A stretch of DNA of 64,000 nt from Negativicutes bacterium (GTDB lineage: Bacteria; Bacillota; Negativicutes; UBA1444): contig CAXXIN010000014.1 of NCBI GenBank assembly GCA_963665275.2, positions 128,001 through 192,000 on the forward strand. Reading direction: 5' to 3'. The notes below the pieces were generated by a model. That model searched no databases. It saw only the letters and a list, made by a program, of their open reading frames with translations, and was not told the origin of the DNA. Positions 9,211 to 18,835 of the stretch are shown in pieces. Both the position numbers and the translations under genes were made by a program. Positions within the stretch are counted from its first letter, which is position 1. Each line of letters opens with the position of its first letter.

Positions 9211-10172
9211 TGCGTATGATTCGTTTTACAATCGACCGTTATGATGGCAGCAAGAGCTATCAACAGGATTATGACCTGAGCTATATACCCGGCATGACTG
9301 TACTGGCGGCGCTGATCCGGATTCGGGAAGAGCTTGATCCGACCCTGAATTTCACAGCTGCCTGCCGTTCCGCCATCTGCGGCGCCTGCGCCGTCAGAGT
9401 CAATGGGGCTCCCTTCCTGGCCTGCGACACCAAGCTGGATGACGTGCTGGAATGCTTCGGCGCCGAATCCCTTTCCATCGGACCCATCGGCAACTATCCG
9501 ATTATCTCGGATTTAGTGGTGGACTGGGATGCCAAGATGGACCGGCTGGCTTCAGTCAAACCTGGACTCATTCCCGTGGCGCAATTTTCCGCAGAAGACG
9601 GTTGTCGGCAAAAACCGGAAGATTTCCAGAAGCTTCGCAAAATGTGGGACTGCATCCTCTGCGGCTGCTGCGCTTCGGAGTGCAGTATGCTGGCACTGAA
9701 TCCGAAGGATTTCAAGGAGCCGTACGTTTATACCCACTCGCACCGTTATGCGGAAGATTCCCGCGACGACGCGCCTATGGCCCATGCGGAGCCAACGTTG
9801 GAAAACGACGGCCTCTGGAAATGCGTTCATTGCCTGCAATGTGTAACCCATTGTCCCAAAAACATCGAACCGGCCGAAGATATCTCCCGGCTGCGGGATA
9901 TGACAGTCAAAGCCGGGCACGACCAGGGCGTCGGTCCGCTCCACGCCAAGGCGTTTCTGACGGACATCGAGGAATCCGGCCGTCTGAATGAACCCAAGAT
10001 GGCACTGCGCACGGAAGGCGTCCTGAAAACCATGGCTCGCTTCCCGTTCGCTCTGCGGATGCTGTCCCATGGCAAACTCGATCCTCTGGCGGTATTTCAA
10101 AGCAAGACCATTGAAGGACACCAAGGTCTTTGCAAAGCTCTGGATGCTGCAAGGAGGGCTGAAAAGAAATGA
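9210..10172 (+). CDS. sdhB: Fumarate reductase/succinate dehydrogenase Fe-S subunit
   Basis: CRSAICGAC [2Fe-2S] motif, CILCGCCASEC and CVHCLQCVTHCP, long C-terminal extension. Confidence 0.9.
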   Translation: MRMIRFTIDRYDGSKSYQQDYDLSYIPGMTVLAALIRIREELDPTLNFTAACRSAICGACAVRVNGAPFLACDTKLDDVLECFGAESLSIGPIGNYPIISDLVVDWDAKMDRLASVKPGLIPVAQFSAEDGCRQKPEDFQKLRKMWDCILCGCCASECSMLALNPKDFKEPYVYTHSHRYAEDSRDDAPMAHAEPTLENDGLWKCVHCLQCVTHCPKNIEPAEDISRLRDMTVKAGHDQGVGPLHAKAFLTDIEESGRLNEPKMALRTEGVLKTMARFPFALRMLSHGKLDPLAVFQSKTIEGHQGLCKALDAARRAEKK

Positions 10173-11020
10173 AAAGGCGTTATGCATTTTTCCCCGGCTG
10201 TATACTCGAAAAAGCAACCCGCGAATGCCACCAATCCACCATGGCGCTTGCCAAGGTCCTCGATTGGGAACTGGTAGAAATTCCTGGTTGGAGTTGCTGC
10301 GGCGCCAGCCATGTGCAGGATATCGACGAAAAAGCCGCCTTGGTGACCAATGCTCGGAACCTGGCTCTGGCGGAGATGATGGGATTGCCCATCCTGACCG
10401 TGTGCAGCACTTGCACTCTGATGCTGCGCAAGGCAAAAATGGCATTGGACAATGGAGCCAAGGATGAAATCAACACCTATCTGGCCGAAGGCGGCCTAGG
10501 CTATCAGGGAACCACTACCGTGACCCATTTGCTGTGGGAACTGGTAGAGCACAAAGACGAATGGATCGGCAAAGTCACCAAACCGTTGTCTGGAGTGCGT
10601 GTTGCTCCGTTTTACGGCTGCCACACCATCCGTCCGCCGGAATTGCAGACATTCGAAAATGCGTTGGCTCCGACCAGCCTCGAACAACTGATCACTGCAG
10701 TAGGGGCCGTGCCGACGCCGACTCAGGATCGGCTGAAATGTTGCGGATTCCATGCTGCGTACCCAGCCGAACCCGATGTCCTGCGCAATGCAGGAAACAC
10801 CATTAAAAACGCCGCGGCTGTACAGGCGGACTGCTTGTTGACACCCTGCCCGCTCTGTCAGATGCAGCTTGATGTTTACCAACCCGATGCGAGAGCGGCT
10901 GCAGGCACGGACGCCGAAGTCCCCTGTCTACACCTGGCCCAACTGATCGGTTTGGGGTTGGGGCTGTCGGTTGAAGCACTTGGCATACAGAACCATATTG
11001 TCCGCGGCAAGAAATTCTGA
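10169..11020 (+). CDS. sdhE: CCG-domain (HdrB-like) membrane anchor subunit
   Basis: FFPGC, SCCG, CSTC, FYGC, KCCG and CPLC motifs. Confidence 0.85.
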   Translation: MKRRYAFFPGCILEKATRECHQSTMALAKVLDWELVEIPGWSCCGASHVQDIDEKAALVTNARNLALAEMMGLPILTVCSTCTLMLRKAKMALDNGAKDEINTYLAEGGLGYQGTTTVTHLLWELVEHKDEWIGKVTKPLSGVRVAPFYGCHTIRPPELQTFENALAPTSLEQLITAVGAVPTPTQDRLKCCGFHAAYPAEPDVLRNAGNTIKNAAAVQADCLLTPCPLCQMQLDVYQPDARAAAGTDAEVPCLHLAQLIGLGLGLSVEALGIQNHIVRGKKF

Positions 11021-11032
11021 TCAATAACAGGT

Positions 11033-11067
11033 AAAACACCGGTGCGAAACTGCGCCGGTGTTTTTTT
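11033..11067 (+). terminator. Rho-independent terminator
   Basis: aaaacaccggtgcg-aaac-tgcgccggtgttttttt. Confidence 0.85.
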
Positions 11068-11181
11068 ATGTCGCGACATGCAGTCGGAGATGGCGGTTCA
11101 ATAAAAAGGGTATCCCATTCGAATAACGAATTGAGATGCTATATGAACCCAATTAGGATTTGCGGGTCGGGAGGTATCGGC

Positions 11182-11967
11182 GTGGAAAGAAATGATCGAC
11201 AAGCCAGTCTGGGCTTCTGGCTCTTTCGACATCGCGGCTATATGCCGGCGTTCTTTGCAATTCTGTTTCTGCCGGCTTCGGAACATTTCCGGTTACTAGG
11301 AATGAATCATCAGCAGCAAATTCAATGGGAACTGTTTTGTCTGGGGATTTCCTTGCTTGGACTGACGCTGCGCATCTTGACTGTTGCTTTCATTTCTGAA
11401 GCATCATCTGGCAGAGAGCGCTCCCGCCCTCAGGCAGAGCAACTGAATACAACTGGGATCTATTCCCTGATTCGCCACCCGCTCTACCTTGGGAATTCGA
11501 TCATCTGGCTCGGAGTTGCTTCCACATTGCACCTTTGGTGGCTTTCCTTCTCCTTCATGCTGATTTCGCTGGTTTATCACCGCCTGATCATTTATGCGGA
11601 AGAAAACTATCTGCGCAGTCGTTTTGGAGCCGTATATATTGAATGGGCCAACAAAACACCGGCGTTCATTCCGGCGATACACAACTGGGCGGCTCCCTCT
11701 TTGCCGTTTTCCATGGCCATGGTGCTGCGGCGTGAATACTCGGGTCTGTTTCAAATCATTGCAGCTTTCGCTCTGATCAATGCCGGTTTGAATTATGTTA
11801 TGCAGGGTGTTTGGAACATGGATTCAATATTTCAAAATTTGTTGTTGGGTACTACACTGATTTGCGCGGCAATCTGGTTCGTCGTAAAAAGAACGGACTG
11901 GTTGCCGGCACCTGTGCGACGAAAAAATGATAAGGATCTGCAATCCCGTGAGGATTATCCGCAGTAA
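11182..11967 (+). CDS. Membrane methyltransferase of the ICMT/PEMT family, resembling lipid A phosphate methyltransferase
   Basis: LNTTGIYSLIRHPLYLGN and EENYLRSRFGAVY..W...TPAFIP motifs; GTG start after GGAGG. Confidence 0.75.
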   Translation: MERNDRQASLGFWLFRHRGYMPAFFAILFLPASEHFRLLGMNHQQQIQWELFCLGISLLGLTLRILTVAFISEASSGRERSRPQAEQLNTTGIYSLIRHPLYLGNSIIWLGVASTLHLWWLSFSFMLISLVYHRLIIYAEENYLRSRFGAVYIEWANKTPAFIPAIHNWAAPSLPFSMAMVLRREYSGLFQIIAAFALINAGLNYVMQGVWNMDSIFQNLLLGTTLICAAIWFVVKRTDWLPAPVRRKNDKDLQSREDYPQ

Positions 11968-12176
11968 CATTTTCTGTCGAGTATTTACTGCTTGGGGTTT
12001 TTAACACCGTGTTGTTGTGGACCCCTTGAATGCCAGATAATAAAGCTAACGTTTTTCTGCGCATGCTAAGTTCCTTAAAATAATCGGAGGCAGTGAGCAA
12101 GCTAAATTGTCAACAAAGCTCACCTATATATAGGAATAAAAAAAGTTATAGGCTATAATAGCAATTATAAATGTGG

Positions 12177-12192
12177 TGTCGAAAAACTGACA
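12177..12192. promoter_or_regulatory. Palindromic operator candidate upstream of the sigma-54 activator gene
   Basis: TGTCGAAAAACTGACA (TGTC-N8-GACA). Confidence 0.5.
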
Positions 12193-12217
12193 CATAGAAA
12201 ATGTTTAACGGATACAG

Positions 12218-13702
12218 GTGATGAAAAGTATGAGCAATCCGGTCAATTCTGTAATGGAGCTGCTAGCTCGTTACCTGCGGGAAGGACAACTTGATAAAAT
12301 ACCGGCACTGTTTCAGCAGATAACTGATCTTTACCAGGTGGAGCAGGCGCGCCTGGAAGCGCTGCTTGATACAGTCAACGAAGCGGTGTGCATGATCGAT
12401 GCGGCCAATAAAGTTGTTGTCTGGAATCATCGCGCCGAATTGTTGTACGGCATCAAAGCCGCCGAAATTTTGCATCAGCCGATAGGCAGATTCTTTTCCA
12501 ACTTAATGTTGAGCGAAGTCATGCAAAACCACAGTCTAGTAAAAGAGCGCTATCACACTCCGTTGCCGGAGACTCATGTTTTGATCAATGCCCGGCCCAT
12601 AACCAGGGACACTCAGATCATTGGCGGAGTTTCGACGGAGCGCGATATTACCGAGATGGTGCAGCTGAACCAGCAACTCACGCAGACGCACCGCGAGATG
12701 CAGTCGTTAAAGCAAACGCTGAATGAAATGCATTCGCAGCAAGATCCGTTCTCGGCAATCTATGGTCGTGGCAAAGCGATCCGTGACGCAGTCAATATGG
12801 CAAAGCGGGTGGCAACGACCAGCGTGCCGGTATTATTGCGGGGTGAGAGTGGGACCGGCAAGGAGCTTTTTGCGCGAGCGATTCATGAAGCCAGCCGGGT
12901 TGCTGGACCTTACGTGGCAATCAATTGCGGCGCCATTCCTGCTAATTTATTCGAAAGCGAGCTGTTCGGCTATCAGCCGGGTGCTTTTACCGGGGCCGAC
13001 CGCAAAGGGAAGGAAGGCCTGTTGGAGAAGGCCAACTGCGGCACCGTGCTGCTCGATGAAGTGGGCGATTTGCCGCGCGAAATGCAGGTGAAATTGCTGC
13101 GAACCCTGCAGGAAAAGTGTTTATATCGAGTTGGCGGCAACACGTCGATTCCGGTCGATTTTCGGGTGATAGCCGCTACCAACCGCAATCTGGAAGAGCT
13201 GATCCGAGCCGGTGAATTCCGTGAAGATCTTTATTACCGTCTGAATGTCGTGGCGATTTCCCTGCCGCCGCTGCGGGAGCGCCTGGACGACATCCCCGAG
13301 CTGTTTCATCGGGGACTGCAGTATTACTGCGCTTTGCACAATAAGAATATCTCCCAGGTGAACGGTGCGATTATCAATATTTTGGTCCAATATCAATGGC
13401 CGGGAAATATCAGGGAGTTTCTGAATGTGCTGGAACGCCTGGTTATTCTGGCGGAAGGTGATAGCCTCGGTATTGAGGACTTGCCGGCAGAGGTATTTCC
13501 CTCCGGACAGGGCGATAGGCCTGATCAAATTGCGGCGCGTCAGGGAATCCTGCCTGAGGTAACTGCCAAATTAGAACGAGATGTGATTGTCGGAGTGCTC
13601 GCCGAGACTGGCAATAATAAAGCGTTGGCCGCCCAAAAGCTCGGAATTCCCAGGGGGACTCTTTACTATAAGATGCAGAAACTTCACATAGACCGTCAGT
13701 AA
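12218..13702 (+). CDS. Sigma-54-dependent activator (PAS-AAA+-Fis HTH), PrdR/RocR-like
   Basis: [29 protein letters not shown] and WPGNIRE motifs plus C-terminal HTH. Confidence 0.92.
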   Translation: MMKSMSNPVNSVMELLARYLREGQLDKIPALFQQITDLYQVEQARLEALLDTVNEAVCMIDAANKVVVWNHRAELLYGIKAAEILHQPIGRFFSNLMLSEVMQNHSLVKERYHTPLPETHVLINARPITRDTQIIGGVSTERDITEMVQLNQQLTQTHREMQSLKQTLNEMHSQQDPFSAIYGRGKAIRDAVNMAKRVATTSVPVLLRGESGTGKELFARAIHEASRVAGPYVAINCGAIPANLFESELFGYQPGAFTGADRKGKEGLLEKANCGTVLLDEVGDLPREMQVKLLRTLQEKCLYRVGGNTSIPVDFRVIAATNRNLEELIRAGEFREDLYYRLNVVAISLPPLRERLDDIPELFHRGLQYYCALHNKNISQVNGAIINILVQYQWPGNIREFLNVLERLVILAEGDSLGIEDLPAEVFPSGQGDRPDQIAARQGILPEVTAKLERDVIVGVLAETGNNKALAAQKLGIPRGTLYYKMQKLHIDRQ

Positions 13703-13730
13703 GTTGACACGCAGTGTCAGCTATTCGACG
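13694..13730. promoter_or_regulatory. Tandem enhancer (UAS) candidates
   Basis: CGTCAGTAAGTTGACA (13694-13709) and TGTCAGCTATTCGACG (13715-13730), both GTC-N8-GAC. Confidence 0.55.
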
Positions 13731-13768
13731 AAATATCGATGAATTATACTTCTCGAAGTCTCTACTGG

Positions 13769-13800
13769 ACCGCGTTTTCATTTGAAAGCGCGGTTTATTT
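13769..13800 (+). terminator. Terminator after the activator gene
   Basis: accgcgttttca-tt-tgaaagcgcggt followed by a T-rich tail. Confidence 0.6.
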
Positions 13801-13979
13801 ATTATCAGGCTTTGAGTTAAATAGTGATTAAATTAATCAATCTGGATAGAAACTGTGGCCGATTGAACAAAAACGCTGCGGATCTAATATGAAAATAAGT
13901 AAAAAATCTGTCTGTGGATGAAATTCGAAGGATGACCTGTGAATCTGCTGAAAAGTTGTAAATGGCTGTATTTGATTTT

Positions 13980-13995
13980 TGGCACGGTAATTGCA
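13980..13995 (+). promoter_or_regulatory. Sigma-54 -24/-12 promoter
   Basis: TGGCAC-GGTAA-TTGCA, exact match to the TGGCAC-N5-TTGC consensus. Confidence 0.9.
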
Positions 13996-14032
13996 ATATG
14001 AAATTGGTCAATAAAAAATTGAGGTGGTTGAC

Positions 14033-14338
14033 TTGAGAATCGAAAATCATCCTATATTGAATTTCCCGTCAAAAGACCCCGTCGAGTTTACGTTCAACGG
14101 AGAGTCTTTTCGCGGCGTGGCCGGGGAGCCGATTGCGGCGGCGCTGCATGCGGCCGGAGTTCGGACCCTGCGGCACAGTTCGCGTTACCATCGTCCCCGG
14201 GGCCTCTTCTGTGCCATCGGCAACTGCTCATCCTGTCTTATGACGGTGGACGGAGTACCTAATGTGCGCGTCTGCGTGGAACCCCTGCAGGCAGGGATGA
14301 AAGTGGAAACGCAGGAAGGGAAGGGGACGTTGGCATGA
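14033..14338 (+). CDS. [2Fe-2S] subunit of a dye-linked proline dehydrogenase/sarcosine oxidase-like complex
   Basis: GEPIAAALHAAG and RGLFCAIGNCSSC..VDG.PNVR.C motifs; TTG start preferred (GTG 14024 possible). Confidence 0.85.
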   Translation: MRIENHPILNFPSKDPVEFTFNGESFRGVAGEPIAAALHAAGVRTLRHSSRYHRPRGLFCAIGNCSSCLMTVDGVPNVRVCVEPLQAGMKVETQEGKGTLA

Positions 14339-15423
14339 AGGAAATCGATATCGCGATCGTCGGCGCCGGGCCAGCTGGTCTGACGGCGGCAGCCCATGCG
14401 GCGGAAATGGGGGCAAGCGTCCTTCTCATCGAACGGGGGCAGGCGCTGGGTGGGCAGCTCGTTAAACAGACCCACAAATTCTTCGGGTCGCGTCAGGAGT
14501 TCGCAGGAGAACGGGGATTCGAAATCGCCCGTAAATTGATGGACCGAGTCGAAGCTCATCCTCGGATCACGATTTGGAAAAATGCGACGACACTCGGATA
14601 TTATCCGGACGGTGTGATGACGGTCAAGAAAGATGAACAATTTCATACGCTGAAACCGCGCAAAATTATCGTCGCAACCGGCGCTTCCGAGAAAACCCTC
14701 GCGTTTCCCAATAATGACCTGCCGGGAATTTACGGCGCCGGTGCGGTACAGACGCTGATGAACGTCTATGGAGTCATGCCAGCCAAACGGGTGTTGATGG
14801 TGGGAGCAGGCAATATTGGCGTCATCGTGGCCTATCAGTTGTTGCAGGCGGGAGTCGAAGTGGCGGCCATCATTGAAGCGGCGCCGAAGATCGGCGGTTA
14901 CTGGGTACATGCCTCGAAAATCCAGCGCTGCGGCGTTCCCATCCTAACCGGGCACACCATTAAACAGGCGCATGGTACGGACCGACTGGAAGGGGTCACA
15001 ATTTGTCAGTTAGACGAGAAATGGGCTACGGTTCCGGGAACGGATCAGTACCTTGAAGTGGACGGCCTGTGCCTGGCGGTCGGGTTGAGTCCGTTGACCG
15101 AACTGCTGTGGCAGGCGGACTGTAAGATGGAGTTTGTGCCGGAGCTGGGCGGATACGTTCCCTGGCGCAACGCCGACCTCTTGACGACCCACAACAACAT
15201 TTATGTGGCGGGTGACGTCGCCGGTGTGGAAGAAGCGTCGGCAGCGATGGTGGAAGGCAAGCTGGCCGGACTGGCGGCTGCATTTTCGCTGAACTACCAG
15301 ACTGACACTTTTGCGGCGGATTACCGTGAGGCGAAGAGCCAGTTGAATGCGCTCCGCGCCGGACCGGTCAGCGCCAAAGTGTGCAGCGGCCTGTGCAAAG
15401 TCATGCTGGGGGAGGCGATCTGA
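14335..15423 (+). CDS. FAD/NAD(P)-dependent oxidoreductase, alpha-type subunit
   Basis: GAGPAG, LGGQLVKQTHKFFG, DLPGIYGAGAVQTLMN and AGDVAGVEEAS motifs. Confidence 0.85.
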   Translation: MKEIDIAIVGAGPAGLTAAAHAAEMGASVLLIERGQALGGQLVKQTHKFFGSRQEFAGERGFEIARKLMDRVEAHPRITIWKNATTLGYYPDGVMTVKKDEQFHTLKPRKIIVATGASEKTLAFPNNDLPGIYGAGAVQTLMNVYGVMPAKRVLMVGAGNIGVIVAYQLLQAGVEVAAIIEAAPKIGGYWVHASKIQRCGVPILTGHTIKQAHGTDRLEGVTICQLDEKWATVPGTDQYLEVDGLCLAVGLSPLTELLWQADCKMEFVPELGGYVPWRNADLLTTHNNIYVAGDVAGVEEASAAMVEGKLAGLAAAFSLNYQTDTFAADYREAKSQLNALRAGPVSAKVCSGLCKVMLGEAI

Positions 15424-15424
15424 T

Positions 15425-15919
15425 ATGTTGACGAAAGACGGCATTCCATCCGCCGAAGATTTATGCGGAGTGACTCCGCATGCCGGACGACTGGAGCAGG
15501 GGCCGGTGGCGGTCATCGAATGTTTTCAGGAGATTCCCTGCAACCCGTGTGCAGATGCCTGCCCGCGTGGGGCTATAACCATGCCTGGAAACATCAGCGC
15601 TCGCCCAACTTTTGAAGAAAGCAAATGCAACGGATGTGCGATCTGCGTGACGCGTTGTCCGGGGCTGGCCATTTTCATCGTGGACTTTTCATACTCTGAG
15701 TCAGAGGCGATGCTCAAGATTCCTTATGAGTTTAGTCCGCTGCCTGAAGTTGAAGAAGAAGTGGAAGCGCTGGACCGAGCCGGGAAACGTGCCGGTTGCG
15801 CCCGCGTAATGCGAGTGCAGCAACAGGCGAACAAGACAACGGTGCTGTGGCTGGCCGTGCCGAAAAATATAGCGTTGGATGTGCGTAACATCCGGCGGAA
15901 GCTGGGGGCGATTTCATGA
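15425..15919 (+). CDS. 2x[4Fe-4S] ferredoxin subunit
   Basis: C.QEIPCNPC..ACP and CNGCAICVTRCPGLAIF motifs. Confidence 0.85.
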   Translation: MLTKDGIPSAEDLCGVTPHAGRLEQGPVAVIECFQEIPCNPCADACPRGAITMPGNISARPTFEESKCNGCAICVTRCPGLAIFIVDFSYSESEAMLKIPYEFSPLPEVEEEVEALDRAGKRAGCARVMRVQQQANKTTVLWLAVPKNIALDVRNIRRKLGAIS

Positions 15920-16191
15920 GCGACGATATTATCATCTGCCGCTGCGAAGATATAAAACTGTCGGAAATCCGAGAGCGTATCGCACAGGGAGATCGCACGA
16001 CGGAAGAGATCAAGCGCGGCTGCCGCTGTGGCATGGGCCCGTGCCAGGGCAGAACATGTATGCCACTGGTGGCGCAGGAGCTGGCCAAAGCAACCGGGCA
16101 ACAAGTTGGCGACATCGAACTGCCGACGTTCCGTCAACCGGTGGCGGCGATCAAGATGGGTGCGTTGGCGGGAGGTGGCGATCATGAATAG
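15916..16191 (+). CDS. BFD-like [2Fe-2S] subunit
   Basis: IICRCED and GMGPCQGRTC motifs. Confidence 0.85.
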   Translation: MSDDIIICRCEDIKLSEIRERIAQGDRTTEEIKRGCRCGMGPCQGRTCMPLVAQELAKATGQQVGDIELPTFRQPVAAIKMGALAGGGDHE

Positions 16192-17332
16192 AACTGCCGA
16201 CGTAGTGGTAGTCGGCGGCGGGATCGTCGGCTGCTCCACTGCCTATAACCTGGCTCGCCTTGGGGCAGGGAAAGTAGTTTTGGTTGAGCGAGGTTATTTA
16301 GCCAGCGGCTCTACCGGTCGGTGCGGCGCTGGCATGCGAATGCAGTGGGGCACTGAAACCAATTGCCTGTTGTCGCGCGAAAGCACGAAATTGCTGGAAA
16401 ACTTGCCTGAAATTCTCGAAGTCGATACCGACATTGAACTGAAACAGGGCGGCTATCTGCTCTTGGCCTACACGGAGAAAATGGCGGCCCAGTTCAAAAA
16501 AAACCTGATCTTGCAAAACTCACTCGATATTCCTGCTCGCTGGGTGACTCCTGCGGAAGCGAAAGAGATTGTGCCGCATCTCAATACGAATGGCATGATC
16601 GGCGCGACTTTTTGTCCCAAGGACGGACACTGCAATCCGTTCAAGGCGACGGAAGCCTATGCTAAGGCCGCCCGCCGCCTGGGTGTGGAAATCCTGACCC
16701 ACACGGAAGTGACCGGTATCGAATCGGAATGTTGCCAGATACGCACGGTGAAGACAACGGCGGGTGATATTCACACGCCGCGGATGGTAGTCGCGGCCGG
16801 TGGATACACCAAAGGCCTTGGTCGAATGGTGGGCGCCGAGATTCCAATTTACCCGGAGCGGCATGAAATATTGGTGACAGAGCCAGTAGAACCAATGCAG
16901 GAATCGATGGTAATGAGTTTTCACCATAATCTTTATTGTCAGCAGAGTCCCCACGGCAGTTTCATCATGGGAATTGGTCATCCCGATCTGCCGGAGAGTT
17001 TTGACACCCGGTCGAGCTGGCAGTTTCTGCAGGAGATGGCGACACGCCTGATCACCATATTGCCGGCGCTGGCGGGCTTAAATGTCGTTCGGCAATGGGC
17101 GGGCCTTTATGATATGTCCCCTGACCGGCAGCCGATCCTCGGACCGGCCGGTGATGTGGAAGGTTTCCATGTGGCAGCAGGGTTCAGCGGCCACGGCTTC
17201 ATGATCTCGCCGATTACCGGCCAGATCGTGGCCGAGCAGCTGCTGGGGCTGCCGACCGCATTGCCGGTGGGAATGCTGGACGCCGGACGTTTTCAGCGCG
17301 GCGATTTGTTCATCGAACCCTCGGTTGTCTAA
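16184..17332 (+). CDS. DAO-family FAD oxidoreductase (proline dehydrogenase/sarcosine oxidase beta subunit)
   Basis: GGGIVG, GSTGRCGAG, QWAGLYDMSPD and GFSGHGFM motifs. Confidence 0.88.
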   Translation: MNRTADVVVVGGGIVGCSTAYNLARLGAGKVVLVERGYLASGSTGRCGAGMRMQWGTETNCLLSRESTKLLENLPEILEVDTDIELKQGGYLLLAYTEKMAAQFKKNLILQNSLDIPARWVTPAEAKEIVPHLNTNGMIGATFCPKDGHCNPFKATEAYAKAARRLGVEILTHTEVTGIESECCQIRTVKTTAGDIHTPRMVVAAGGYTKGLGRMVGAEIPIYPERHEILVTEPVEPMQESMVMSFHHNLYCQQSPHGSFIMGIGHPDLPESFDTRSSWQFLQEMATRLITILPALAGLNVVRQWAGLYDMSPDRQPILGPAGDVEGFHVAAGFSGHGFMISPITGQIVAEQLLGLPTALPVGMLDAGRFQRGDLFIEPSVV

Positions 17333-17400
17333 AGACACCGCCAAATATGCAAAAATAAAATTTGAGACCAGCTATGAAAAGTCAACAGGTGCGACTGAAT

Positions 17401-18582
17401 TTAGCGTGCCAACATCGGATCATAGGCTTGACCAGATTTGAGAAGAGCAAAAATGGTATAAAGCAACTTGCGAGAAACCGCGCCCAGAGCAACACGATGG
17501 GCTTTGCCCTCTTCGCGTTTCTTATGATAAAACGCAGCAAAGACCGGATTGAATTTAGAAGCGGGGAACGCTGCTAACCAAACGGCTCTGCGCAGATACG
17601 GCGAGCCCCGTTTGGACATATGGCTTTGGCTGCCGGTGAATTCGCCGGACTGCTTTATTGAAGGATCCATCCCAGCAAAGGCAACCAATTTCTCAGGAGC
17701 GGAAAAACGATGAACATCGCCAATCTCACTGAGGATGGCTGCTGCCAAGACTTTGCCGATACCGGGAACCGTATGCAACGTGCAAGAAAAGCGGTCATAG
17801 TAGGCACTGATTTGTTCGCCAAGCTCAGCCAATTGCTCTTCCAGAAACACAATCTGAGCCACCAGCTGGCGCAATTGAAAGGCCAGGGCGTCTATCCCCA
17901 ATTTGACTCCAAACGAATGCTTTGCGGCATTCTGAATCCGTTGAGCTTGATCTAGGCCGAAGCGGCCACGGCTGGTTCGTTCAAGCAAGCCAGCTAACTT
18001 CCCAGAATCCACCGCTAAAAACTCCTCCGGAGTGGAAAACTCCGCCAGCATCTGGCGGGAAGAGGCTCCGAACAGATCAGAAAATAGGGACTCATATTCC
18101 GGAAACACTTGATCCAAGAGGGCGATTACCTTGCGTTTGAGATCGGATATATTATCTACCAGTGAGAAACGATAGCGGCAAAGTTGACGCAACGCAATTA
18201 AATCGGGTTCGGCCAGGGTGGTTTGCGTAAACCGACCGAAGCGAATGACCTCAGCGATGAGAAAGGAATCGACTGCATCCGTTTTAGTCTGGCGAATGTA
18301 CAGATTGCGAAGGCTGTCGGACTGAATGGGATTGATCACATGGACGACATGGCCATCCTGTATCAGCCGGGAATAAAGGGGCAGCCAGTAATGACCGGTT
18401 GCTTCCATGCCGAACACAACAGGCAGCAAAGTGGGATTGAGTTTTTGAACCTGCTTGAACAAAAGCTCAACTCCGGCGAGAGAATTGGGGAACGAAAATG
18501 GTTTTCCCAGCAAACCGCCTGATTCATTCATCAGACAGGCCTCATGACTGCGCTTGGCGATGTCGATGCCGACGATGATCAT
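17401..18582 (-). CDS. IS110 recombinase/transposase, 393 aa
   Basis: DEDD RuvC motifs GIDIAK, MEATGHYW and KTDAVD; C-terminal KQSG and SKRGSPYLR; start after GGAGGT. Confidence 0.95.
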   Translation of the reverse strand: MIIVGIDIAKRSHEACLMNESGGLLGKPFSFPNSLAGVELLFKQVQKLNPTLLPVVFGMEATGHYWLPLYSRLIQDGHVVHVINPIQSDSLRNLYIRQTKTDAVDSFLIAEVIRFGRFTQTTLAEPDLIALRQLCRYRFSLVDNISDLKRKVIALLDQVFPEYESLFSDLFGASSRQMLAEFSTPEEFLAVDSGKLAGLLERTSRGRFGLDQAQRIQNAAKHSFGVKLGIDALAFQLRQLVAQIVFLEEQLAELGEQISAYYDRFSCTLHTVPGIGKVLAAAILSEIGDVHRFSAPEKLVAFAGMDPSIKQSGEFTGSQSHMSKRGSPYLRRAVWLAAFPASKFNPVFAAFYHKKREEGKAHRVALGAVSRKLLYTIFALLKSGQAYDPMLAR

Positions 18583-18619
18583 GTGCGCACCTCCCTTTGG
18601 GACAGATAACCTCCAGCAG

Positions 18620-18835
18620 CTGCGGCACACAACCTCGTGAGACATGCGAAGTACCAGTCGTACCGGCCAACATCCAGCTCATTCGTGATGGACCGCAGGG
18701 CCAGAGGGATCACTCTCAATTTCGAGGTTCAACCTCAAGGAGGAAGACGATCTCCTCTGTCCTCTGCTATTAGTATCTCCGATTGTTCCTCGGGAGACAA
18801 GCGGAGAGGTTCAACAGGTTTCCCTGTTTATCCCG
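18620..18835 (-). ncRNA. Putative IS110 bridge RNA (ends approximate)
   Basis: Non-coding end with 5' hairpins, a stem cagaggagatcgt/gtgatccctctg enclosing guides cttcctcct and aaattgag around the hairpin gaggttgaacctc, and a second loop with agctgg and acgag matching the donor junction. Confidence 0.75.

Noticed and set aside
12218-17332. Stickland D-proline reductase operon suggested by the PrdR-like activator
   Set aside because: No PrdA/PrdB/PrdF-like genes are present; the contents are oxidative and linked to pruA
18583-18645. Longer start for the IS110 transposase
   Set aside because: The RBS and the GID motif place the start at 18582; the extension overlaps the putative RNA
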